Assembly (NCBI GenBank): GCA_965223155.1
Contig: CBDCVR010000014.1
Span: 288,001-352,000 of the forward strand
Origin: Candidatus Multivoradales bacterium
GTDB lineage: Bacteria > Acidobacteriota > Thermoanaerobaculia > Multivoradales > JAHEKO01
DNA: 64,000 nucleotides
Direction: 5' to 3'
Shown here: positions 43,209 through 51,917 of the stretch, piece after piece
How positions within the stretch are numbered: the stretch's first letter is position 1
Layout: every line of letters starts with the position of its first letter
The notes under the pieces: model-generated
The model's input: only the letters and a program-made list of their open reading frames with translations
What the model was told of the DNA's origin: nothing
Databases searched by the model: none
Translations under genes and position numbers: made by a program

Positions 43209-44914
43209 TCGAGCAACTTCTCCAGTTCGATCTTGCGGATCTTCCCGGTGGCGGTCATGGGGAGTGCGTCCAGGACTCGGATCTCGGGGACTTTGTAGAT
43301 CGCCATCGACTCGCGGCACCAGGCAACGAGGGACTCCTCCGTTTCCTCGGCCCCGGGCTTGAGAGTAACGAATGCCACCGGGACCTGCCCCTTCTCTTCA
43401 TCCGAGCGGCCGATGACCCCGCACGCCGCGATCGCCGGATGGCGGCCGAAGATGTACTCGATCTCGGTCGGAAAGACGCTGATGCCCTTCACTTTGAGCA
43501 TCTCCTTGCGCCGCCCCAGATACCTGATGAATCCCTCCTCGGTGATCTGGCCGAGATCGCCCGTGCGGAACCAACCATCCGCGAACAGCGTGTCGTTGAG
43601 CTCGGGGCTATTCCAGTAGCCTTTGAGCAGAGTCGGAGATCGCACACAGATCTCCCCCTCCGCACCCTGGGGCAGAAGCTCTCCGGTTTCAAAGTCGGTG
43701 ATCTTGATCTCGGTTCCGGGCACGGGCAGCCCCACGAAGGTGGGGTCGAAGGACAGGTCGTAGTCGTCCGCCTGTAGGCCTCGAGTGAAGGTGTCGCAGG
43801 TGTGAGTCTCGGTCATGCCGTATGCCGTCTCGAACATCGTACTGCCCGTCAACTCGTGCCACCGCCTCCGATAGTCCTTGTTGAGCTTCTTGATGAACGA
43901 AACACAGGGCGTCTCCTCGATCGAGCTCAAGTCATAGTCCGCCACGCGAGGATGGTTGAGAACCTCGTCCACGCTGTCGACCAGCATCACGCATCGGTTG
44001 ACCTTGTAGTGCTGAACGGCTTCGAGATAGGCGTCCGCGTCCCAGCGCGCCAAGAGAACCAGAGTCGCTCCTGAGAACACGGGGAAGAGCAAACCTGTAT
44101 TCTCGCCGGCGATCCAGAACTCGGGCAAGAAGTTCATCTCGACTCGGTCACTCGCTTTGCCATCGAATTCTCCGAAAACGACCGGCAGAAAGGCGGCTAC
44201 CGTCTCCAGGATGTTTCGATGCGTGTGGACGCAGCCCTTGGGCAGGCCGGTGCTGCCACCGGTGTAGTTGAGCGCAGCGACGTCGTCGAGCTCGGGGGCA
44301 TGAGCCTGAGGCTCCGAAGAAGCACCATCCAGCGACTCGAAGAAATCGAGAACTCCGTCGGCCGGCATCGTCTTCGGCAAATCGAAGAGGTCCGGTAGGG
44401 GGAGCGTCGGGTTCGCCGGCTTTAGCTCGCTGACGCTCGTAGACAGGATCGTTTCGATACCGAGATCCCGGCAGACCGGCTGCGCGACGGGCAGCAGAGC
44501 ATCAAAGCAAACGAGGGCTTTGGGTTTGCAGTCGCCGAGTTGATGGCCCAACTCGAACTCCTTTGCCAGCGGACTCACGGGAACATGAATCGCACCGTAC
44601 TTCATGCTCCCCCAGTAGGCGATGTTGAACTGGGGACAGTTCGGCATGAAGAGAGCGACGCCGTCGCCCCGCTCGATACCCAGCTCTCGCAGGAGGTCGG
44701 CGAACCGATTGCTCATCTGATCCAGCTCGCGATAGCTGACGTCGTAGCCGTAGAAGTGGATCGCCGGCTTGTCCGGCTGTTCCGCCGCCCAACCGCTGAG
44801 ATACTCGCTCAGCGGCCGCCGGCCCCTGGGGTACTGAGGCGAGGTCGGTGCTCCCTCGGGCCAGTGGCGGCTCCACAGTTGGCGCAAGTTGTCGAGGTAG
44901 TGCTGTTCACCCAT
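43205..44914 (-). CDS. AMP-dependent acyl-CoA ligase
   Basis: YTGGSTGLPKG, YGMTET, TGDLG, TGKI. Confidence 0.93.
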   Translation of the reverse strand: MGEQHYLDNLRQLWSRHWPEGAPTSPQYPRGRRPLSEYLSGWAAEQPDKPAIHFYGYDVSYRELDQMSNRFADLLRELGIERGDGVALFMPNCPQFNIAYWGSMKYGAIHVPVSPLAKEFELGHQLGDCKPKALVCFDALLPVAQPVCRDLGIETILSTSVSELKPANPTLPLPDLFDLPKTMPADGVLDFFESLDGASSEPQAHAPELDDVAALNYTGGSTGLPKGCVHTHRNILETVAAFLPVVFGEFDGKASDRVEMNFLPEFWIAGENTGLLFPVFSGATLVLLARWDADAYLEAVQHYKVNRCVMLVDSVDEVLNHPRVADYDLSSIEETPCVSFIKKLNKDYRRRWHELTGSTMFETAYGMTETHTCDTFTRGLQADDYDLSFDPTFVGLPVPGTEIKITDFETGELLPQGAEGEICVRSPTLLKGYWNSPELNDTLFADGWFRTGDLGQITEEGFIRYLGRRKEMLKVKGISVFPTEIEYIFGRHPAIAACGVIGRSDEEKGQVPVAFVTLKPGAEETEESLVAWCRESMAIYKVPEIRVLDALPMTATGKIRKIELEKLLE

Positions 44915-45055
44915 CTGCTAAACTCCTATCTGCGACACTTGGACTTCAACTCCACGCCGCCTCCCCGCGATTCGCCGATCCGAGCTGAACGGGAGCAAGA
45001 AAGGCCGCGCATCGCCCCCCCCACCGGCCGGCACAGGGCGAACGGCATTCACACC

Positions 45056-45736
45056 ATGAACATGAGCCTGAGAGAGCGAAAAAAGATCGAGACCCGCCAG
45101 CAGCTTCTGGCGGCGGCCGAAGATCTCTTTGCGCGCAGAAGCTTTGGCGAGGTGACCGTCGACGAGATCGCCGACGTGGCGAATGTGAGCCAGAAGACCT
45201 TCTTCAACTACTTCGCGAGCAAGTCCCAGCTCCTCAAGGAGCTCGTCCTGGACTGGCAGAAGTCTGCGCCTCAATGGGCCGAGGAGGTGGAAACTGAGCC
45301 TACCGGCCGCTCGGCCATCACACCGGCCAACATCGAAGACATTCTCGACTGGGTCGTCCAGCATCGCCGGCTTCTGAAGATGGCGCTCAAGCATACGGAC
45401 TTCTTCGATTTCATCTACGCGTTTGACCGGAACGAAGGTGACGACGAGTACGATTTGTTCTCAAGAATCCGCAAACCACGTCTCGATCGGGTCAAGAAGG
45501 CACAAGAGCGCCGACTCATCCGCGACGACGTTCCGGCACACAGCATCTGCAATCTCTACGATTCCCTACGCATCGAAGTCGTCAAGCGCTGGCTGTACCT
45601 GCCCGACGCCGAGGCGACGCCGACGATCCTCCAAGAGCGCTACTACGAGGCCATCGAGGTGCTCTTCGCGGGGGTCTCCCTGGTCGGGGAGACGATCCCG
45701 GAGGCGCGACCCCGCGCCGCCGTAACGTCGACTTGA
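45056..45736 (+). CDS. TetR-family regulator
   Basis: SLRERKKIETRQQL...VTVDEIADVANVSQKTFFNYF.SK. Confidence 0.92.
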   Translation: MNMSLRERKKIETRQQLLAAAEDLFARRSFGEVTVDEIADVANVSQKTFFNYFASKSQLLKELVLDWQKSAPQWAEEVETEPTGRSAITPANIEDILDWVVQHRRLLKMALKHTDFFDFIYAFDRNEGDDEYDLFSRIRKPRLDRVKKAQERRLIRDDVPAHSICNLYDSLRIEVVKRWLYLPDAEATPTILQERYYEAIEVLFAGVSLVGETIPEARPRAAVTST

Positions 45737-45779
45737 CTGCGGCCCTTTCAACCTCGAATCCAGAGTAGCCGCGGAGCGT

Positions 45780-48326
45780 CTAGTAGCGATAGGTGATCGT
45801 CGCTCCGAACGTCCTCGGCTCGCTCCAGTTCGAGTAGTTCGAGAAAATGCCGTCGTCATTGGTGCTGGTTCGGTAACTCTCGTCGGTGAGATTTCGTCCC
45901 CACAGAGCCAGGCTCCAGTATCCGTCCGTGCCTCGATAGACCTCCGCGAGGACGTTTAGGAGGGCGACGCCGTCCTCTCGTGCATAGGGCTCGTTGCTGA
46001 CAGAGAGGTAGTAGTCGTCTGTCCAGGAGGCGTTCAGGGCCACGGATCCGCCCCACATCTCGGAAAGACTGAAGCTGTGCCGAGCAAAGAGATTCGTGCT
46101 GAGCTGCGGAGCATCGTTCAGCTCATTCCCTACGATGTCGACAACCTCCGCCAGGATATTGGTGACGCCAACGATCACATCCGGATCGGTGAAACCGGAG
46201 TCCGCCACGCCGGTGATCTCTGTGTCGAGGAACCCGAGTCCGACGCCCAGGTTGAAGCCATTCCGTGCGAACCAGCTCAGGTCGAGCTCTGCGCCGAAGC
46301 TCTCGGCGTCACCGAGATTCGTCAGGCCCGAGAAGACCGCGCCACCGCCGGCGGTTGCAGACTGAGCGTTCAGGTTGCCCTGGAAGTCTTCGTAGTCGTA
46401 ACGAAAGATCGATCCGTTGAGACGGACCGAGCCTCCCGCAAGGGTTGACTTGAACCCGGCCTCGACCGCGACATTGGTTTCAGGAGCATAGGCGACGATG
46501 GCGTCCGGGCTAAAGAAGAAGCCGCCGAAGAACCCACCTGACTTGAAGGTTCGACCGACACTCGCGTAAAGCAAGAGGTCGGCGGAGCGTGCGTAGTCCA
46601 AGTTTACCTTGAAGGAGGGCTCGTCCTCGGCGTACTCGGCCTGGGCCCCGACTGCGAGCGGGAAGAGGTTGGTCACCGGGTCATAACCGAGGACCGCTGC
46701 GCAACTCTCGAGATCAAATCCTAACAGCGTACACGTCCAGGCGCCGTCGTTGATCCAGACTCCACCTAAATAATCCTTCTCTTCGGCCGTATACCTGGCA
46801 TCCGCTGTCAGCTTGAGATTGTCCGAGAGCGGAATGGATACTTGACCATAGACCGACCACGCGGTCGTATCTTGGTCGTAGATCATGGTGCCACATCCGG
46901 GGAACACGGCGTAGTCGAAGTACAGATTCGATGGAAACTCGCAATACCGATCCTCCGCGAGCTCGTCCTCGGCGTATACCGCCCCCACCATCCAGTCGAA
47001 CTTGCGGCCGCTCGTCGACAGGAGACGAAATTCCTGCGACCAGGAGCTGATGTCGGAGTCATACTCCGTGATGTAGTTCGGGTCCACGGCGCCGCCGTGC
47101 TGCCGGCCGACGGCGCGGCCAAACGTCTCCCACTCGGCGGGGTTCTGAAAGTCCGCAATGCCCGCCGCCCCCGAGCCGTTTGTGTGAAAGAAATCCATTG
47201 AAGCCACTGAGGAAATCGACACCAGACTGAAGCCGTCCAACTGCCAGCTGAGGTTCAGCGAAGCGGCCGAGAACTCGTCGTCGTTCTTTCTGACCTGCGA
47301 CTCGCCACCCCGGTACCGGCCGTCGGGAGTCAGCCCGTTCGCCGTGATGCAGTTCTCGTCCGGAATGCCGGTCGTCAACACGGCGTCGCAGTACGCCGGC
47401 GTTCCATCGGGATTGAAGGGTACATTCATCGGCGGAGAGCCGAACGGGACCAGCGGCCCCTCCCAGCGTGTGTTGGGATCCAGGTAGCCCTCGAGCTCAG
47501 GGATCCCGACCTCCGAGTTGTCGGTGCCATAGGTAAACCGTAGATCCGCGGTGAACGACTCGGCCGGTGCGAACAAGAACGACAGGCGGGCCTGGTTCTT
47601 GTCCTTGCCGCCCTGGTCCCGATTCAGGAAGGTGTTGCGGAAATAGCCGTCGCTCGATACCCGATCGATCGCGAGCCGGGCAGCCGTTTTGTCGCTCGTC
47701 TGGAAGCCGACCCCGCCGCGCAGATTGAGGGTTCCATAGTTGCCGACATCGGCCGCGACGTTGGCATTGAAACCGTCCAAGACAGGCCGGCGCGAGACCA
47801 GGTTGATCGCCCCCCCAGTGCTGTTGCGTCCGTAAAGACCGCCCTGCGGTCCCCTGAGGATCTCGACGCGCTCCGTATCGAACAAAGAAAAGGCCCCATA
47901 CACCCCGTACGGCTGATAGACATCGTCGACCACCATGGCGGTCGTCGGAGTGTTGTTGGCGTTGTAGTCCTGCAATCCGACGCCCCGGATGACGAAGACC
48001 GGGATGTCGCTGTCGCCCGACACGCTGAGCTCCATATTCGGCACGAACTCGGTCAACTCCCGCGCCTCGGATACGCCAAGAGACTCCAGTTCGTCGCTGC
48101 CCAAAGCCACGATCGAGATGCCGATGTCCTGCGCGCTCTGCTCTCGTTTTTGAGCCGTGACGATGATCTCCTCGGAGATCTTCCCTTCCGATTCGGTCTC
48201 GTTCGCTCCGGTTGACTCCTCTTGCACCTCCTGATCCGACTCCGAGCCGGCTGCATCCTGCGCCGGCACTGCCGTTGCGCAGAAGCAGGCAACTATCGCC
48301 AGGACGAGTGGTCGAGTCTTAGCCAT
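45780..48326 (-). CDS. TonB-dependent outer-membrane receptor
   Basis: Signal peptide, EEIIVTAQKREQ, RVEILRGPQGGLYGRNSTGGAIN, C-terminal PRTFGATITYRY. Confidence 0.95.
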   Translation of the reverse strand: MAKTRPLVLAIVACFCATAVPAQDAAGSESDQEVQEESTGANETESEGKISEEIIVTAQKREQSAQDIGISIVALGSDELESLGVSEARELTEFVPNMELSVSGDSDIPVFVIRGVGLQDYNANNTPTTAMVVDDVYQPYGVYGAFSLFDTERVEILRGPQGGLYGRNSTGGAINLVSRRPVLDGFNANVAADVGNYGTLNLRGGVGFQTSDKTAARLAIDRVSSDGYFRNTFLNRDQGGKDKNQARLSFLFAPAESFTADLRFTYGTDNSEVGIPELEGYLDPNTRWEGPLVPFGSPPMNVPFNPDGTPAYCDAVLTTGIPDENCITANGLTPDGRYRGGESQVRKNDDEFSAASLNLSWQLDGFSLVSISSVASMDFFHTNGSGAAGIADFQNPAEWETFGRAVGRQHGGAVDPNYITEYDSDISSWSQEFRLLSTSGRKFDWMVGAVYAEDELAEDRYCEFPSNLYFDYAVFPGCGTMIYDQDTTAWSVYGQVSIPLSDNLKLTADARYTAEEKDYLGGVWINDGAWTCTLLGFDLESCAAVLGYDPVTNLFPLAVGAQAEYAEDEPSFKVNLDYARSADLLLYASVGRTFKSGGFFGGFFFSPDAIVAYAPETNVAVEAGFKSTLAGGSVRLNGSIFRYDYEDFQGNLNAQSATAGGGAVFSGLTNLGDAESFGAELDLSWFARNGFNLGVGLGFLDTEITGVADSGFTDPDVIVGVTNILAEVVDIVGNELNDAPQLSTNLFARHSFSLSEMWGGSVALNASWTDDYYLSVSNEPYAREDGVALLNVLAEVYRGTDGYWSLALWGRNLTDESYRTSTNDDGIFSNYSNWSEPRTFGATITYRY

Positions 48327-48497
48327 AATGACGTCTCCTTACCTGAGGGCTGTGTTTGTTGCTGGCCAGGCATCTCTTGCTCGGTGCTCCCTGCCAAGCG
48401 CCGGCTCCACTGTCGTCTGACCGGTCGGCCTCCGCCGAGGTGCCCGCCGCTTCGGCTTGCGATTCCACCAAGAGCCGGGCGGACCGTAGCATAAAAA

Positions 48498-48510
48498 TAC
48501 AGCGACTGTA
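48498..48510. promoter_or_regulatory. Candidate TetR operator
   Basis: TACAG-CGA-CTGTA palindrome in an AT-rich patch upstream of the TonB receptor, next to TATGCT (-10-like, minus strand). Confidence 0.45.
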
Positions 48511-48687
48511 AAGTTCTAGTGGACGTAACGGGGCCGGCACCGAGATCAAGAACGGCAACGCGACTCTCGTCGAAGTTGCGTTGCGAAGGATTCGCACGCT
48601 CCGAGCATCTAACGATCCAAAGCATGACCCCGCCCCGCCGACTCGAAGATGTCGACCATCGGCCGGGCAATGCCTGGAGCCCTACGT

Positions 48688-49335
48688 ATGCCATATCGCA
48701 AACTCGCTCTCGTCATCGCTCTCTCGGTCGCCGGATTGGCGCATCCCGCCTTCGCCGACTTACCCGAGAATCGCTGGACCGCAACGGCTAGCGTCGTCGG
48801 CTTGTCACCCGGTGGCGACGACGCGCGCGCGAACCTGCCCGGAGGCGCCGGCCAATTAGGGATCTCTTCCGGTTCCGGTTTCGGTCTGGCACTCGACTAC
48901 CGGTTTTCGGAGCGCTGGGAGGTCGGCTTGTCGATGCGCTCGACCAGCCTCGACTCCCGGTTTCGCCTCGCAGCACCCGGCGGCGACCTGGAGGCGGTTG
49001 ACGCCATGCGTTTCGAACTGTTCGGGCTCCAGGGCAACTACCGCTTCTTCCTCCATAAGAGGTTCGACCTCTATCTCGAAGGGGCAGTCGTGATGAGCAA
49101 GGGTGCCGACCAGATCTTCACCACCGGACCCGACGACCGGGTCAAGCTCACCTTCGACGACGACTTCGGCTACGAGGTGTCCCTCGGCACCGATGTCCGA
49201 CTCACATCGAGCGACCGGTGGATTCTCCGTGGCGGACTAGGCTACCTGGTGACCATCCTGGAGACCGACAGCGGATTCGAAGACGTGAATCTCGACCCCT
49301 GGACGCTACGGATCGGCATCGGGTACCGGTTCTAG
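48688..49335 (+). CDS. OmpW-like outer-membrane beta-barrel protein
   Basis: Signal peptide, alternating beta strands, C-terminal LDPWTLRIGIGYRF. Confidence 0.82.
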   Translation: MPYRKLALVIALSVAGLAHPAFADLPENRWTATASVVGLSPGGDDARANLPGGAGQLGISSGSGFGLALDYRFSERWEVGLSMRSTSLDSRFRLAAPGGDLEAVDAMRFELFGLQGNYRFFLHKRFDLYLEGAVVMSKGADQIFTTGPDDRVKLTFDDDFGYEVSLGTDVRLTSSDRWILRGGLGYLVTILETDSGFEDVNLDPWTLRIGIGYRF

Positions 49336-49359
49336 TGTCCCGTGCGGCACGGGACACTA
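49333..49359. repeat. Perfect 13-bp palindrome, possible collapsed IS/MITE ends
   Basis: TAGTGTCCCGTGC-G-GCACGGGACACTA sits exactly at the ompW stop / czcA-fragment junction. Confidence 0.6.
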
Positions 49360-49740
49360 ATGGTGGTCTATACCGGAGTGGCGCTCGCGGCGGTCGGAGG
49401 CATCCTCGCGCTGTGGCTGTGCGGGATTCCCTTCTCCATCTCGGCGGGGGTTGAGTTTATCGCCCTGTTCGGAGTCGCGGTCTTGAACGGCGTCGTCATG
49501 GTCTCCGCCATCCGCCGCCTGCGAGCGGCGGGCGTAGCGCTCGAGGAGGCCGTGCGTCGAGGATGCGAGGAGCGCCTGCGGCCGGTCCTGATGACCGCCA
49601 TGGCGGCCTCCTTCGGCTTCGTGCCCATGGCGCTCTCTACCTCCGCCGGCGCCAAGGTCCAGCGGCCTCTGGCGACCGTTGTCATCGGGGGCCTGGTCAC
49701 CTCGACCCTGCTGACCCTGGTCGTCCTGCCGACGAAGGCC
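49360..49740 (+). pseudogene. C-terminal fragment of a CzcA/CusA RND efflux pump
   Basis: FSISAGVEFIALFGVAVLNGVVMV...RLRPVLMTA...GAKVQRPLATVVIGGLVTSTLLTLVVLP; only the last ~125 aa. Confidence 0.88.
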
Positions 49741-49746
49741 CGGGCG

Positions 49747-50376
49747 CTAGTCGGGACCAACCGTAGCAAGGACGAGACGGATCGGAAGCAGCCCTGGGAA
49801 CAAGACCTCTTGTTGCACGGTGAAGCCATGGCGACCCACCAGATCTCGCAGAGCGTCGCCTTTAAAGCGAGTGACGACCTGGAAGCCGGTGAGGCCGAGT
49901 AGGCGGGAGACTACGCGCGCCATCGCTGTCTCGCCGTGACAGAAGGTCGGCGCGGCCAGGAGCCCGTCCGTCGCGAGCACTCGCCGCGCCTCATCGAGCG
50001 CCCGCCCCGGATCGGGGAGTAGGTGAAGGAGGTTCGCGATGACGACCGCTTCGAACGAGCGATCCGGGAAAGCCAACTCGAGAGCGTCGGCCTCCTCGAC
50101 GCCAACGTTGGTCAGCCCACTCGCAGCGACGCGCGCCCGCAAGACAGCGAGCATCTCCGGCGAGCTGTCGGTGGCGAGGAGGGCACCTACGGCGGGTGCG
50201 ACTCGATCGGTGACCAGCCCCGTGCCGGCGGCGATCTCCAGAACCCGCCGCGAGCCGTGGATCGACTCAGCAACTCGATCGGCCATGGCACCAAAGTGCC
50301 GGTTCAGGATCAGAGTCGCCCGATCGTAGCGGCGGGAATGTCGCTTCCAATAACGCGCGGCGGTTTCGGCCATCAT
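49747..50376 (-). CDS. Class I SAM-dependent methyltransferase
   Basis: VLEIAAGTG, DSSPEML, ADALEL.FPD.SF, NLLHLL. Confidence 0.9.
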   Translation of the reverse strand: MMAETAARYWKRHSRRYDRATLILNRHFGAMADRVAESIHGSRRVLEIAAGTGLVTDRVAPAVGALLATDSSPEMLAVLRARVAASGLTNVGVEEADALELAFPDRSFEAVVIANLLHLLPDPGRALDEARRVLATDGLLAAPTFCHGETAMARVVSRLLGLTGFQVVTRFKGDALRDLVGRHGFTVQQEVLFPGLLPIRLVLATVGPD

Positions 50377-50517
50377 CCAACTCTAGCCCGCCGGCCGTAG
50401 CCCTGCCCCCGGGGAGCAGCCAATCCGCGGCCTCTGCCGGGAGTGGGATTGCGATCACGGACCTGAAGCCGCGCCGTTTGACACGTGTCTTCGCCGTGAG
50501 TTCCAAGTAATCCCGTT

Positions 50518-50578
50518 GGGTCACCCTAACGGGATGCAGACAACCTACTTGGGTACCCAAACGGGAGAGATCTGGAAC
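50518..50578. mobile_element. Two degenerate att-site remnants
   Basis: GGGTCACCCTAACGGGAT (50518) and GGGTACCCAAACGGGAGAGATCTGGAAC (50551). The last 18 nt of the latter are identical to 50791-50808. Confidence 0.6.
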
Positions 50579-50687
50579 CCCACTTGGCTCGCAACTGTCA
50601 GCCTCTAAGTAGCTGTAGGACAACACTTTAACTTACTACCGCTACCGGCCTCTCTGGATGCGAATTCAGGTCGTACAGTTGTGCGCA

Positions 50688-50796
50688 TGGTGTCCCCAAC
50701 GGGATTTGCTACGAAGCGGAGCGATGCAATCGCTTCGCTGACCTCCGAATCCCGGAGGGGGCAACCCTGCCGAAGGCAGTGGTGTCCCCAACGGGA
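50688..50796. repeat. 109-bp direct repeat, left copy (att - 71-bp hairpin unit - att)
   Basis: Identical to 54982-55090; contains two copies of the tRNA-Glu 3' end TGGTGTCCCCAACGGGA. Confidence 0.92.
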
Positions 50797-50956
50797 GAGA
50801 TCTGGAACACCGTTTTCGCCCAGCTGGAATCCTTTAACTCGCTGAGGGACATGAGCTTAGCCGCTTGAGGCTTTCGCTCTGACGCGTGCTGACAACTGTC
50901 CGCATCGCCTCGGGGAGGTCCTGGAGCGGACCGTTTGGAACACCCCTGCCGGAGCC

Positions 50957-51002
50957 CGGGGACAGGATAGGGAGGGCGGGCGTGAGGGACTTCCTGTCCC
51001 CG
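50957..51002 (+). repeat. Hairpin element H2a
   Basis: CGGGGACAGGA...TCCTGTCCCCG; loop GGGAGGGCGGGCGTGAGGG. Confidence 0.8.
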
Positions 51003-51418
51003 TCTCTCGGCGCCGCACGAAGGCCGCAAAACTCGCTCAAGAAGCGCTCGAGATCGAAGCCGAGGAAGCCCGAGCTGCCGGCGCCCTCGGCTTCATGGCT
51101 CGGATCCTCGTCCAGGCTACTCTCCCCCACAGTCGGCCGAACACGTACGAGTTCGAGCCCGTCAACGGCCGCTTCACGCTGTACATGAGCGCGCCGCCGT
51201 CGGTGGGACTCCCCTACGGCTCCTACCCGCGGCTCGCGCTCGCCTGGCTCTCGACCGAGGCGGTGCGTACTCGAAGCCGAGAGATCGAACTCGGCCCGAC
51301 CTTCTCGACCTTCATGTACAAGCTCGGCCTAACGCCCATAACCGGCAAGCGCGGCACGACGTCACGGCTGCGCGGTCAGCTCCACCGGCTCTTCTCCACC
51401 ACGATCCGCTGCAGCTAT

Positions 51419-51480
51419 CAGGAAAGTGGGGACTGGCATGGGAGGGAGGCCGGGAGGGACTGCCTGTCCCCAGTTTCCTG
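51419..51480 (+). repeat. Hairpin element H2b
   Basis: CAGGAAAGTGGGGACTGGCA...TGCCTGTCCCCAGTTTCCTG; loop GGGAGGGAGGCCGGGAGGG. Confidence 0.85.
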
Positions 51481-51544
51481 TACCGGCGCCGGCTACACCA
51501 TCGCCCACAAGCACCAGCTCTGGTGGTCGCCGCGGGATCCGCAA

Positions 51545-51606
51545 CAGGAATTCGGGGACTGGCTCGGGAATGGGCGAGGGCGGACGTGCCTGTACCCGAA
51601 TTCCTG
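51545..51606 (+). repeat. Hairpin element H2c
   Basis: CAGGAATTCGGGGACTGGC...GCCTGTACCCGAATTCCTG. Confidence 0.85.
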
Positions 51607-51917
51607 CAGCCAAGGGCTCGCCGCTAGCCCTCGACATCTACTCCTGGCTCACCTACCGGATGAGCTACCTGCGGAAGCCTTGCCTCATCCCCTGGGAGGC
51701 ACTCCAGACTCAGTTTGGCGCCGACTACGGACGACTACGGGACTTCAAGAGGAAGTTCCTCGGCCACCTAGAGGACGTGGTGCAGGTTTACCCCGCAGTG
51801 CGCCTCTCCGAGCAGCCGCCGGGTCTCTTGCTCCATGCGTCGCCGACTCATCTTCCTCGGGCCAGAGCCAGTCAGAGCTAGAGGCGCGCGGCCACGACTC
51901 AAACCGTTCTCGCGTCT

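Larger units (their letters stand above)
50880..51881 (+). pseudogene. repA: Plasmid-type RepA pseudogene, copy 2
   Basis: ALEIEAEEARAAGALGFMARIL...GLPYGSYPRL...HQLWWSPRDP, then frameshifted KGSPLALDIYSWLTYRMSYL...FGADY...SPTHL. Three hairpin inserts. Confidence 0.88.

Noticed and set aside
48330-48480. Cobalamin or TPP riboswitch upstream of the TonB receptor
   Set aside because: No B12-box or TPP consensus recognised; a TetR-like operator is a simpler explanation.
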